Assembly (NCBI RefSeq): GCF_004010195.1
Contig: NC_057720.1
Coordinates: forward strand, 28,524,483-28,588,482
Direction of reading: 5' to 3'
DNA: 64,000 nucleotides
Source of the DNA: Chiloscyllium plagiosum
Lineage: Eukaryota
Position numbers and translations under genes: made by a program. A model generated the notes under the pieces. The model was not told the origin of the DNA, did not search any database, and was given only the letters and a program-made list of their open reading frames with translations. Of this stretch, positions 1 to 10,450 are shown piece by piece (the first letter of the stretch is position 1; the number at the start of each line of letters is the position of its first letter).

Positions 1-683
1 GCAGAGGGATTTTGGTGTCCATGTACACAGATCTTTGAAAGTTGCCACCCAGGTAAATAGTGTGGTGAGGAAGGCATATGGCGTACTGGCTTTTATTGGT
101 AGAGGAATTGAGTACTGAGTACTGAGGTCATGTTGCAGTTGTATAAGACTCTGGTGCGGCCGCATCTGGAGTATTGTGTGCAGTTTTGGTCGCCATACTA
201 TAGGAAGGATGTGGCGGTACTGGAACGGGTGCAGAGGATGTTTACCAGGATGTTGCCTGGTATGGTAGAAAGATTGTATGAGGAAAGGCTGAGGCACTTG
301 GGGTTGTTTTCATTGGAGAAAAGAAGGTGTAGGGGTTACTTGATAGAGGTGTACAAGATGATTAGGGGTTTAGATAGGGTCGGCAGTGAGAATCTTTTTC
401 CACGTATGGAGTCAGCTATTACAAGGGGGCATAGCTTTAAATTAAGGGGGGGTAGGTATAGGACAGATCTTAGGGGTAGGTTCTTTACTCAGCGAGTCGT
501 GAGTTCGTGGAATGCCCTGCCAGCAGCAGTGGTGGACTCTCCCTCATTATGAGCATTTAAGCGGGCATTGGATAGCCATATGGAGGATAGTGGGCTAGTG
601 TAGGTTAGGTGGGCTTGGATCGGCGCAACATCGAGGGCCGAAGGGCCTGTACTGCGCTGTATTCTTCTATGTTCTATGTTCTA
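1..683 (+). mobile_element. CR1/HER1-type LINE, 3' end (ORF2 C-terminus, 3' UTR, tandem tail)
   Basis: ORF 130-552 contains LYKTLVRPHLEYCVQFWSP, LFSLEKRR, TRGHSFKL and FFTQRVV, typical of the CR1 ORF2 C-terminus; ends in (ttctatg)n at ~663-683. Confidence 0.92.
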
Positions 684-1714
684 ATAAAGAGAGCCATGGA
701 ATTAACACAATCAATTAAGGCTGAGGTATTGAAATGCAGTTGTTGAAGTGCAGCAGGGCAGAGTGTAGATCAATGTGTTTGGTAAATAAGGAAGTTAGGT
801 GAGGAGGGGAGGAAGATGTTCCTTTCGTTTTCCCTTTCTACCTTTCTTAGCCTGCAGCAGAGTGGAAGTTCAAAGCTGCAGGAGAGGGGACAGAGAGCTA
901 GAGGGCATTCTCCCCCAAGCACATTTGAAGATAAATAAAATGTAACATTGCAAGGAAAAGGATAAATAATTGGTTGATATACATTTGTGTTACTTTTTTA
1001 AAGGACTCTGGCAGAAGGGAACTAAGAAGTTAGTGATATTAAAGAAAGCATGAAAACATTTTACCCCTTAACCACCTACTTATTAGAATGTTAAATCTTA
1101 ATTTTGCAAAAGTCTATTGGCAGTGCTAAAACCAATTGGAAGGTGTCAGGTTCATTAATTATAAATACATTCATTAAATTATTTATGAACAAAGATGACA
1201 GGTCAGACAATGTACTACAACTGCAGCAAATGGGAATATCTGATCCACGGTAAAAATATCTGCAGTTTGCTGCTGCAGGAGCTTTAGCCTGGAGTTAGTG
1301 AGCTGGAGACCAAGCTGCAGACAATATGGGACATCAGAGAAGGAATATGTTACCTGAAAAATCCTCATGACAGGATATTTTGAGTTAGTCAGTGACTAGG
1401 TAAAAGAAGCTGTGATGGCAAGTGAAGCAGGTCAGTGGATTCAAAGGGCAGGAGTGAAGGATCCTTTGGTCTTTGTAATTGTCCAATAAGTCTGAGGAGT
1501 TTTCAGCTTATTGGATGAGAATGAAGGCTGCAGAATGAACTAACTGACATGGCACGATGCTAGAGGAAACCATTAAGACTTTGAAATCAAAGAGGAATAT
1601 CATGGCTGTAGGGGCTAGTATAGTGAGAAAGATTAATATTGCCTATACCACAAAGAGCTTGAGTCCAAATGACTATTATCTGCCCAGACCCTAACTCTAA
1701 ACACTAAGTTGCTA

Positions 1715-2165
1715 CCTAGAATGACCAGGTTGTCTTGTTAGGAAATATTGAACAGGCTGGGTTTGAGTTCACTGGAGGTTAAAAGAATAAGAGGTATAAA
1801 GTCAACATGGAAAGGATGTTTCGTCTCAGATGAGTCTTCTAGTAGCTGAGTCGATTTAGTCCACTTAAAATTAGGTGTCACCTTCTTACAGAGTTGCAGA
1901 GATGTGTTTTTCATAAAGTGTCGTGTGACTTTGGACCTCTGCTTCAGAAGGCATTGGAGACAGAATCATTGGATATTTTTAAGACAGTGATCGTTGGATA
2001 TTTTTAAGGCAGAGGTAGATAGTTTTCCATTTGGTAAGGGAATCAAGGTGATCACGGGTAGCTGGGAGTTTGGATCTTACAATACAAGAGATCAACCATG
2101 ATTTTATTCAATGACAGAGCAGCCTCACGGTGCCAAATGCTCTACTTTTGTTACTACTTTTTATG
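1715..2165 (+). mobile_element. Old CR1-type LINE 3' fragment
   Basis: Decayed homologue of the CR1 C-terminal/3' UTR region (aggctgggtttgagttcactggag...atttttaaggcagaggtagatag). Confidence 0.6.
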
Positions 2166-2198
2166 TTCATATGGTTCCAAAAAAATGATATGTTTTCA

Positions 2199-2287
2199 AA
2201 CAAAAACAGAAGTTGCTGGAGAAACTCAGCAGGTATGGGAAGAGAGCAGAGTTCTGTTTTGAGTGTGGTGACTCTTCATCAGAACTG
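2199..2287 (-). mobile_element. PLE terminal-repeat fragment, family 2, with degenerate hammerhead core
   Basis: aaaacagaagttgctggagaaactcagcagg terminus; minus strand reads agtt-ctgatga-a-gagt-caccac-actc-aaaa-cag-aact. Confidence 0.6.
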
Positions 2288-2702
2288 TTTTACCACTGCC
2301 ACTGTGTCACAAGAGAGCCCTCAGTGTTATATTCCTACATTGTGACTCATTTGCCTTTAGTTGTGTCGATTTGTGGTTTCTTGTGAAACCAGTTTTTAGG
2401 TTGTTGCCAAGTATTACATAGAGGAGGAGTCGATGATGCTGTCTTCACTAATTATTACTACTTTCAGTTATATAACCCAAACTGGATTCCAAAGGCAATA
2501 TACTGCTGTACTTTGTCCTGTTTTCCTAATCTTGCATCTTTCAGAACTCCTCTTCAGACATTCTGGCAAGAGTTTGCTTGCTGTTTTGCTGAGACCAAAT
2601 GTGTCTATGATTCTTTCATAACTGAATTTGAATAGGTTTCTTCTATTTGGGTCTTAAACCAAATCTTTATTCATAGCTCCTTTCCTGAACCCATTTCTCT
2701 GC

Positions 2703-3007
2703 TTAGATTAGATTAGATTCCCTACAGTGTGGAAACAGGCCCTTCGGCCCAACAGGTCCACACCGACCCTCCGAAGAGTAACCCACCCAACTAATGCACC
2801 TAACAACTATGGGCAACGTAGCATGGCCAATTCACCTAACCTGCAAATCTTTGGAATATGGGAGGAAACCAGAGCACCCGGAGGGAACCCATGGAGACAC
2901 GGGGAGAATGTGCAAACTCCACACAGACAGCCGGCCGAGGCTGGAATCGAACTTGGGACGCTGGTGCTGTGAGGCAGCAGTGCTAACTACTGAGCCACCG
3001 TGCCACC
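2703..3007 (-). mobile_element. HE1-type tRNA-derived SINE, full length
   Basis: Minus strand has A-box-like TGGCTCAGTAGTT, B-box GTTCGATTCC, central TGTGTGGAGTTTGCACATTCTCCCCGTG, LINE-like tail and (tctaa)n end. Confidence 0.9.
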
Positions 3008-3032
3008 TTAGGGCTGCCATGTTTTGTTAGTT

Positions 3033-3584
3033 AGGTAAAAACAATGACTGCAGATGCTGGAAACCAGATTCTGGATTAGTGGTGCTGGAAGAGCACAGCA
3101 GTTCAGACAGCATCCAAGGAGCTTCGAAATCGACTTTTCGGGCAAAAGCCCTTCATCAGGAATAAAGGCAGTGAGCCTGAAGCGTGGAGAGATAAGCTAG
3201 GGGAGGGTNNNNNNNNNNNNNNNNNNNNNNNNNNNNNNNNNNNNNNNNNNNNNNNNNNNNNNNNGTCTGGTGGTGAGGGAGCGGCGGTGAAGGAGGCCCA
3301 GGACCTCCATGTCCTCGGCAGAGTGAGAGGGGGATTGAAATGTTGGGCCACGGGGCAGTGTGGTTGATTGTTGCGGGTGTCCCGGAGATGTTCCCTAAAG
3401 TGGTCTGCTAGGAGGCATCCAGTCTCTCCAATGTAGAGGAGTCTGCATCGGGAGCAACAGATACAATAAATGATATTGGTGGATGTGCAGGTAAAACTTT
3501 GATGGATGTGGAAGGCTCCTTTAGGGCCTTGGATGGAGGTGAGGGAGGAGACGTTTAGGGCCTTGGATGGAGGTGAGGGAGGAG
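3033..3584 (-). mobile_element. 5'-truncated Penelope-like element: GIY-YIG endonuclease fragment plus terminal repeat with hammerhead core
   Basis: Minus strand 3480->3382 translates TNIIYCICCSRCRLLYIGETGCLLADHFREHLR, then PVAQHFN; ctgatgaagggcttttgcccgaaaagtc at ~3132-3159 (minus). Confidence 0.88.
3209..3264. other. Assembly gap (56 N)
   Basis: Run of N inside the G-rich part of the PLE. Confidence 0.99.
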
Positions 3585-3754
3585 GATGGCTACTTTTGTT
3601 TGCTTGTCTGTTTTTATCTTATGATCATGTGAATCTCATCTGTGATTACTTGCTTAAAACCTAACAATTGCTGTCAAATCAAGGAGCCTGAAGGTGTAGA
3701 GGCAATAAATAAGTCATGGATAAGTGGTGTTTACACATTAAGACTATACTACCT

Positions 3755-3900
3755 AGGAGTAGAAGGAAACCATTCGGTCCATTGAGTTTGGTCAATCTGA
3801 GATTATGGCTGATCTAATAATCCTTGATGATGCTTTCCTACTTCTTCCCCAGACCTTTGACTCCCTTACTGATTAAACATTTGTCCATCTTGGCCATAGT
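3755..3900 (-). mobile_element. Old CR1-type 3' tail
   Basis: taggagtagaaggaaaccattcggtccattgag...gattatggctgatct, reverse complement of a CR1 3' UTR. Confidence 0.55.
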
Positions 3901-3939
3901 TCTATGTTCACAAAGAAGAGCAAAATAAAATACCAAAAA

Positions 3940-4800
3940 ATATTAGGAAACACAGGCTTTAGTGAGAAGGACGAACTGAAGGATATCAGTATTAGTCGGG
4001 AAATGATAATAGGGAATTTGATGGAATTGAAGGTCAATTAAATCCTCAGGCCCCAATAATCTACATCTTGGATTACTTAAAGAAGTGCTCCTAGAAATAG
4101 CAGATGCATTGATGGTCATCTTCCAAGATTCTATAGACTCTGGAACAGTTCCTACAGAATAGAGGGTTGCTAGTGTAACCCCACTATTTAAGAAGGGAGG
4201 CAGAGACAAAGCTGGGAATTGTAGACCAGTCAAACTTGGGACTGGGAAAAATGCTAGAGTATATGGAAAAAAATTAATAGATGAGCTTTTTGGAAAACAG
4301 TGGTAGGATCGGACAGAGTCAGTATGGATTTATAAAAGGGGAATCCATACATGACAAATTTACTCCAAATCTTCAAGGATTTAAGAGTGGTGATGACAGA
4401 GAGCAAGTAGATGTGGTTTATTTGGAGTTTCAGAAGGCTATCAACAAAGTCCTACATTAGAATTAATGTCAAAAGTTAAAATATATGGGATTGAAGATAG
4501 TGCATTGGGATGGATAGAGAGTTGCTTGTCAGAGAAGAAGCAAAGAGTTGGAATAAACAGGTATTTTTCTGAATGGCAGGCTTGTGACTTGTGGGATACT
4601 GCAGGGATCAGTGTTTGGGCCCCAGCTATTCACAATATGTTATTGTCATAATGTATTAACTGAGTGGGTGGGTGAGCTATGGGGAGGATGCAGAGATGTT
4701 GTAGTATGATTTGAACAGGCTGAGTGAGTGGGCAAATGCAGTATAATTTGGATAAATGTGAGGTTAACCACATTGATTGCAAAATCAAGAAGGCAGCTTA
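3940..4800 (+). mobile_element. Decayed CR1-type LINE, RT region
   Basis: Motifs VTPLFKKGGRDKAGNCRPV, VDVVYLEF-KA, QGSV-GP-LF and KCEV, with frameshifts. Confidence 0.85.
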
Positions 4801-4899
4801 ACAATTGGCGTGACAACAGTGTTCACAGCATTGACACCTAGTTCCAGCATTTTCTGCTCCACATGGTCCACGAAAAGAAAAGAAAATCTTTGGAATATT

Positions 4900-5219
4900 C
4901 CTCATGGGCCTTTGTTTTACTAGTTCAATGACATTACCAGTAGGTCATGAAATGACACTAATTGCCATTGTAGGATTTGAAGCCATGTCCTTAGGGCATT
5001 AGCCTAACTGTTCTTGGGTTTTCCAGTTACTAGTCCAGTGACACTAACTCTATGCCACCCTTGTCCCTAACAATGATGATAGTTACCATTACCAAATCTA
5101 GCTTTCAGTTCTGGATTTATTTATTGAAATTAAACTTCACCAGCTTCATGGATTGTCCCTGGAGTTTTAGCCTGTATTAATATTCCAGTGACATTACCTG
5201 TATGCCACCATCTCCCCCC
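4900..5219 (-). repeat. Cluster of 2-3 old tRNA/CORE-like SINE heads
   Basis: Repeated (tactagt)ccagtgacattacc...tatgccacc at ~4918-4938, 5028-5060 and 5184-5210; related pieces at ~22780-22960, 39410-39760 and 52650-52885. Confidence 0.5.
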
Positions 5220-6671
5220 AGTTTTTGATGTACCTTCTTTCAACATTGGACAAATTACTAGAATGGAATTGAACAGACATATTGCAATTCTCCTTGTAAA
5301 AAGAAATGCAATTATAGATGATGTGAATATTGAACAGAATCTTTGAGTGTTTGTTTGCTGCCTTATTGGGCATACTGAAAGCTCCATTAAGACTGTTATA
5401 AAAGATCTGGCAAAGTTCATGAGCCCTAAGTTTGCCTATACCTTATTTTTATAAAAGCGTTCATGGGTATTGAGTTGTGGCTCATTTCTTTTTAGAAGAT
5501 TAAGTTAATTCCCTGCTATTCACAGTTGTTTGCAGGCTTCCCTCCCTAACTAACTGACTCTTTTCACACTCTTAGGTACCTAGCAGTAGTAAGCCTGGAT
5601 AATACCATACCATTGACTTATACTGATCTCAGAAATCGTGTGAAGCTTTTATACGTTTGCGTATATACAATCCACAAGAGTTGATGCTAAGCAGATCTTT
5701 TGAAAGGTCAATGACTTGCGTCCAAAAGAGAACAGGGCTGTATTGAAATAGCCTAGAGCAATCTGATGCAGCAATACTGATATCCATTCAGTCCAGTCAA
5801 TGCACTTTTAAACAAATCCGTCTCTTTAATTGGATGTGACCAAATACCATTGACTGAATCAATGCAGGATTTACATTTCTGTCTCTTGATTCCAGAGAGA
5901 AGGTCAGTGAAATTCTGTTGTTGGGAGGTATATCACACTGAAACCTGATTCAAAGTTGTACAATCAAGCACACGTTTCCATTTGCCTCCAGATTTGGCCA
6001 AGCCAAACAAAGATTAGTTCTGGAAGGCATTCTGAGCAGGATACTTAGTTCTTTCAGTTGTCTAATAGTTGTAAGGAAATCCTGTTTCTCTTTGTAATCC
6101 TGAACAGGTCACTGTTTTAAGGTTGAAACCAAGTGAAAATCTTCCCAGAAACTGAATGATATATACCTTGGTGTGAAATTTGAGACAATCAGGTGAGATA
6201 TCGAGTGAGGGTTTTCTAAACATTGAGATTAACGAGTTCCATTTTCTAACCATTTCCCATCAGCTTGGTAGAAACGACAATTCCCAATATGGCAGCAATT
6301 CCCAGTAGGGCTGGAGACCCCAACTTACTGCTTGCTCCTCCAGACCTTCATTTTGGGCAGCAGTCACCAACATCTCAGGTCACACTGTACAGGCAGTGAC
6401 TTCATACACTCCCATCCACAGAACATGGCATCCAAAGTGTACTCGGCTTATGATATCATCATGGCTCATTTCTGATCCACTCACAGTATGCTTCTGCAAT
6501 TCAATGCTGCACTTTGGAACACATCAGCAGCTATCATTGGAAACTGCTGCAAGGATGCTTTGCATACAGGGTCAAGCACCCAGCTCAGGAGTCGGCTGTT
6601 CAGTCCCTCAAAGCTTTTCCACCATTTAATGAGATCATGGCTAATTTGTGACCTAACTCCATATACCTGCC

Positions 6672-6741
6672 AGAAAAAAAAACAGGAATTGCTGGAAAAA
6701 CTCTGCAGGTCTGGCAACATCTGACTCATTGTTTTATTTTA
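6672..6741 (-). mobile_element. Short PLE family-2 terminal insert
   Basis: aaacaggaattgctggaaaaactctgcaggtctggcaacatctg flanked by TSD tccata(t)[a/t]cctgcc at 6658-6671 and 6742-6755 (14 bp, 1 mismatch). Confidence 0.75.
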
Positions 6742-7078
6742 TCCATATTCCTGCCTTCAGTCCATGTCCCTTATTACTTTTGCATAACAAAAACTTATCT
6801 ATCTCAGATTTAAATTTAACAAACAATTCAGCTCTCAGTGCCATTTGTAGAAGGGAGGTCTAAACATCTACCATTCTTTGTGTATAAACGTGCTTCCTAA
6901 CATCTCTTCTGAATGATCCTGCCCTAATTCTTAGACTACAACCCTGAGATTTAGATTCTCCAATCAGTTTATCTTTATCTACCCTGGTGTTTCTTGTTTA
7001 AATCTTGAAGAATTCAATTAGGTCATCCCTTAACATTCTAAATTCCAGAGAAAGAAAATGTATAATCTCTCCCCATAA

Positions 7079-7140
7079 GGTGTGGACTTGTTGGGCCGAA
7101 GGGCCTGTTTCCACACTGTAAGTAATCTAATCTAATCTAA
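7079..7140 (+). mobile_element. HE1 SINE / HER1 LINE 3' tail only
   Basis: ggtgtggacttgttgggccgaagggcctgtttccacactgt followed by (taatc)n; matches the tail of the 2703-3007 SINE. Confidence 0.85.
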
Positions 7141-8343
7141 AAAACTTAATACCTGAAGTCCAGCTATCCATTCTTGTGAACCTATTTTGTATTCCCTCCA
7201 AAGCATAGATATACTTCCTAAGTTGTGATGCCCAGATCTGCTCGCAGATCTGCAAGCTTTTGTAGAACCATGGCATAGCATCTGCATCCTTGTATCCTAG
7301 TCCTCTAGATATAAAGGCTAACATTCTATTGGCTTTGTTGATTATTTCCCGAACCTTCTTCTGACATTTCAAAGATCTATACACTTGAACCCCAAGTGTC
7401 TTTGGACATTGATTGTATTTAAATTCAAACCATCTAAAAAGTATCCTTTTTTGGCTCCAAATTGGTAACTTCACTTTTGCTTACATTGAACTCCATCTGC
7501 CACAGTTTTTTTCATTCAGCCCTGCAAAATAATTCTTGTACTCCTCTTGCAGCACAGGCCTACACTCTATTTGTCTTCCTAATCCATTGCAGCAGCTGTG
7601 TGTTAATGATAATGCTAATGCTAATACACATAAGCTTTTACAAATTCTTCCGTGACATGTGAGCAACACTGGCAAGATCAACATTTATTGCCCATCTTTC
7701 CTTATGCTTGAGAAATTGGTGAGCTGATTAAGTTTCTTCCTGAAGCCGCAGCAGAGATGTGGCAGTGAAGTGCTCACCATCAGGTGTCACTGACTCTAAT
7801 CCAGCCAATATTCCCCCAGGATATCAGTGTCTGAGTTGGTGGGCTTACAGGAGGTAGCCTTGCTGGTTCATCCTCTGAGGAATCCATGGTGCCTTCTTCA
7901 AAGGAATGATTTGTTACATTGTATTCTTGACCACGAAGATCATGAAATCCAACCGTTACCTAAAGGAGACAAAAGCGAGAATGTGTTATGACCAAGGATA
8001 AAACGTTGTGTCTTCATAATACTTTCAGAGTGGGGGTAAAGAGCTTCCTATTGTTTGCTGGGACATGGATGTTTCATCTTTTCCAATGGATTGATCCTGG
8101 TCCAAAATCATCTCCTCATCGAGGGTAGGGAGTGGAATGTCGGGCACCCAACTGTCCAGCCTGGCTCTTTTGGGGATTACTAAGGACCGTTTTCTCCTGG
8201 AATGAGAGAAAGGAAGAGATATACTGTACTGAGGTGAGAGAGTGGCACAGCTGTTAGTATGGGCGCAAATGGCAGAAAAATAGTAAGTTGACCCAAGCAA
8301 GTGAGTAGGAGCAGAAAGGCCATGCAGGTATGTGGTAGGAAAA

Positions 8344-8472
8344 GGAGAAAGTGAGGACTGCAGATGCTGGAGATCAGAGCTGAAAATGTGTTGTTGGAAA
8401 AGTGCAGCAGATCAGGCAGCATCCAAGGAGCAGGAGAATTGACGTTTCGGGCATGAGCCCTTCTTCAGGAAA
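8344..8472 (-). mobile_element. PLE family-1 terminal repeat, single arm
   Basis: ggagaaagtgaggactgcagatgctggagatcagagctg...cccttcttcaggaa; possible 8 bp TSD taggaaaa (8336-8343, 8477-8484). Confidence 0.85.
8441..8468 (-). ncRNA. Minimal type-I hammerhead ribozyme motif (candidate)
   Basis: CUGAAGA-A-GGGC(UCAU)GCCC-GAA-ACGU-C: full core, 4 bp stem II, palindromic ACGU, GUC triplet; stem I very weak. Confidence 0.6.
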
Positions 8473-9654
8473 CCCATAGGAAAACCCATAGTCATACTTA
8501 GGGATGTAAGGGGCCACACCAACTGTTTTGCTAAGGAATGAACCTTTCCATCAGAGTGCATTGAATGTCAAGCCTTTAGTGATTGATTTCATAGAGAGTA
8601 CGTACCCATACTTTTGAATTAGTTGCATCTTGAGTATGTCCTAATGTTTGTGATATCACCTATGAATGGGATCAGTTTTCTTCTTGAGAATGACTTGGCA
8701 GGAGTGAAAGTAATGGCTTCCTTGTGCTGCAAAGTCCAATTGAGGATATGGAGATGGAGCTGTTATGGGAAATGTTCGAGGTATTTTCTCAGCCTGTGTA
8801 GTGACCAATTGATGGACCAATGAGCCCTGTTGACCAAGGCAGCACAGACAGATTTTTCTACCATTTAGCTATCTGAAACATTTTTTGAACACTTGGCTAA
8901 CTCAAGGAGGTGATAAGCAGATCTTTCTTTTTCGTGTGCCCAGATTTAAAACAGAATAGCACAATGCTGTCCAGACTGAAACAGAGGGAGCTCCTGTGTA
9001 CAACTAATTAAAGACATGAATGCTGATGAGATAATAGAGACTTCCCTTTGAATTGCAGACAAATAGTGAGGTGGTTAACATGATAATGGTACCATAATGG
9101 TACCATCACTTACTGTAGGAAAATATTGAAGCTAGCACATGAAATCCCAAGGCTTGTGTTTGTATCCAGACATGTAAGCCAGCATTTTTACTGTCCATGT
9201 CTCCTCAAGAACACAGTACTATACTATGAAGTTGGCTGCAGGTGCTAGATTGTAGGAAAACCCCAAGCTATAATGAAACCAGTCACCCTGCATCCCATAC
9301 CTAACTTTGGTTAACCATTTAGCAAAGTATTGGTAGATTGTTCAGAATCCTGCTGAAAACCAAAAGGGGAAACACCAGCGCATTCTCAATAGAATGGGTG
9401 TGGCTTCCTGGTTCCCAGAAGTAGTCCTTTGAGAACAGTTTCCATCAGGATAGTGTTAATCCAGTTCTTCAATCTATATAGATTATTAGCCAAGGTCTGG
9501 TTAGTAATTATATATCTGAATTTTTTTCAGAAATTTGAGATTGAGAAAAGTATAACACCCACAGTCACAAGGGGCTTTTCAACTGGACAATTAGATCCTC
9601 AAGATGATGATTGGGGCATACAGCCATGAGTACCCCCATTACAAGACAAAAGGT

Positions 9655-9752
9655 TCATTCTGAAGAAGTGTCTTTAAGAAAGATCACTGGGCTCAAAATA
9701 CAGGTGCTGTCAGGCCTGCTAAGTTTCTCCAGCAATTTCTGCTTTTGTTTGT
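9655..9752 (+). mobile_element. Decayed PLE family-2 terminal fragment
   Basis: ttctgaagaag...gctcaaaat...ctgctaagtttctccagcaatttctgcttttgttt, reverse complement of the 2199-2287 type. Confidence 0.55.
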
Positions 9753-10235
9753 TAGTGTCATTATCCTTCAAAGGTGAACTGTTGAAAGCCCAAATATAGT
9801 AGCAAAGAGGATTAGTGACGTGAAGTATTTTTTGAAATTCCATACTGCAGAAAAGAGTCTTGATTCCATACAGTTTTGATTTAATGCAGTATTCCATACT
9901 GCATTAAATCAATGTGCTGAAACAATATCACAGCCAGCTGAAGGTTAAACAGGTCTCTCAGGCTGTACAGACAGTGGAGGATGAAAGAGATAGTGAAGAT
10001 GAAGTAGGAGTAGGTTCAAACAATTTTGAAATTTGAATTCCCTGCTGACTACGCCACCAATGTTGCATTATTGGGGAAGAAGACCCTTCGCTGTCATATT
10101 TATATTTAGAAAGGAGAAGAGATCTGGTGGGGTAACTCACTGAATTTAAATAAGTCTTTAGAGACAAACCAAGTATACAAACCTATATGGATGTAGGAAA
10201 GACCCCACTCATAAACAGCATCCTGATTACTTTGG

Positions 10236-10450
10236 GGAGAAAGTGAGGACTGCAGATGCTGGAGATCAGAGCTGAAAATGTGTTGCTGGAAAAGCGCAGC
10301 AGGTCAGGCAGCATCCAAGGAACAGGAGAATCGACGTTTCAGGCATAAGCCCGAAGAAGGGCTGAAGAAGGGCTTATGCCCGAAACGTCGATTCTCCTGT
10401 TCCTTGGATGCTGCCTGACCTGCTGCGCTTTTCCAGCAACACATTTTCAG
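10236..10450. mobile_element. PLE family-1 hairpin (inverted terminal repeat pair)
   Basis: Inverted arms ~10272-10352 and ~10370-10450; TSD tcctgat[t/c]actttgg at 10221-10235 and 10451-10465. Confidence 0.92.
10362..10389 (+). ncRNA. Minimal hammerhead ribozyme motif (candidate)
   Basis: ctgaagaagggcttatgcccgaaacgtc: intact core, GGGC/GCCC stem II, ACGU palindrome, GUC site. Confidence 0.6.

Larger units (their letters stand above)
6585..7510 (-). mobile_element. Decayed CR1-type LINE 3' region with two nested inserts
   Basis: ORF 7127-7474 contains LGVQVYRSLK, KANRMLAFISRGLGYK and ALEGIQNRFTRM. Confidence 0.85.

Noticed and set aside
2935..3007. tRNA gene (A and B boxes); also at ~12440-12512 and 57506-57575
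   Set aside because: Continuous with the SINE body and LINE-derived tail; it is a tRNA-derived SINE head.
7984..7994. Firm 5' LTR for the Gmr1-like element
   Set aside because: An 11 bp inverted match to 12713-12723 exists, but no TSD and no visible LTR-LTR direct similarity; kept only as tentative.
9083..9106. ataatggtacc repeated with a palindromic core
   Set aside because: Small local slippage duplication inside a dead retrotransposon.
10236..10450. Hairpins as MITEs or miRNA precursors
   Set aside because: Asymmetric ends, variable 13-16 bp TSDs, unique centres and linkage to GIY-YIG coding sequence favour PLE retrotransposition.
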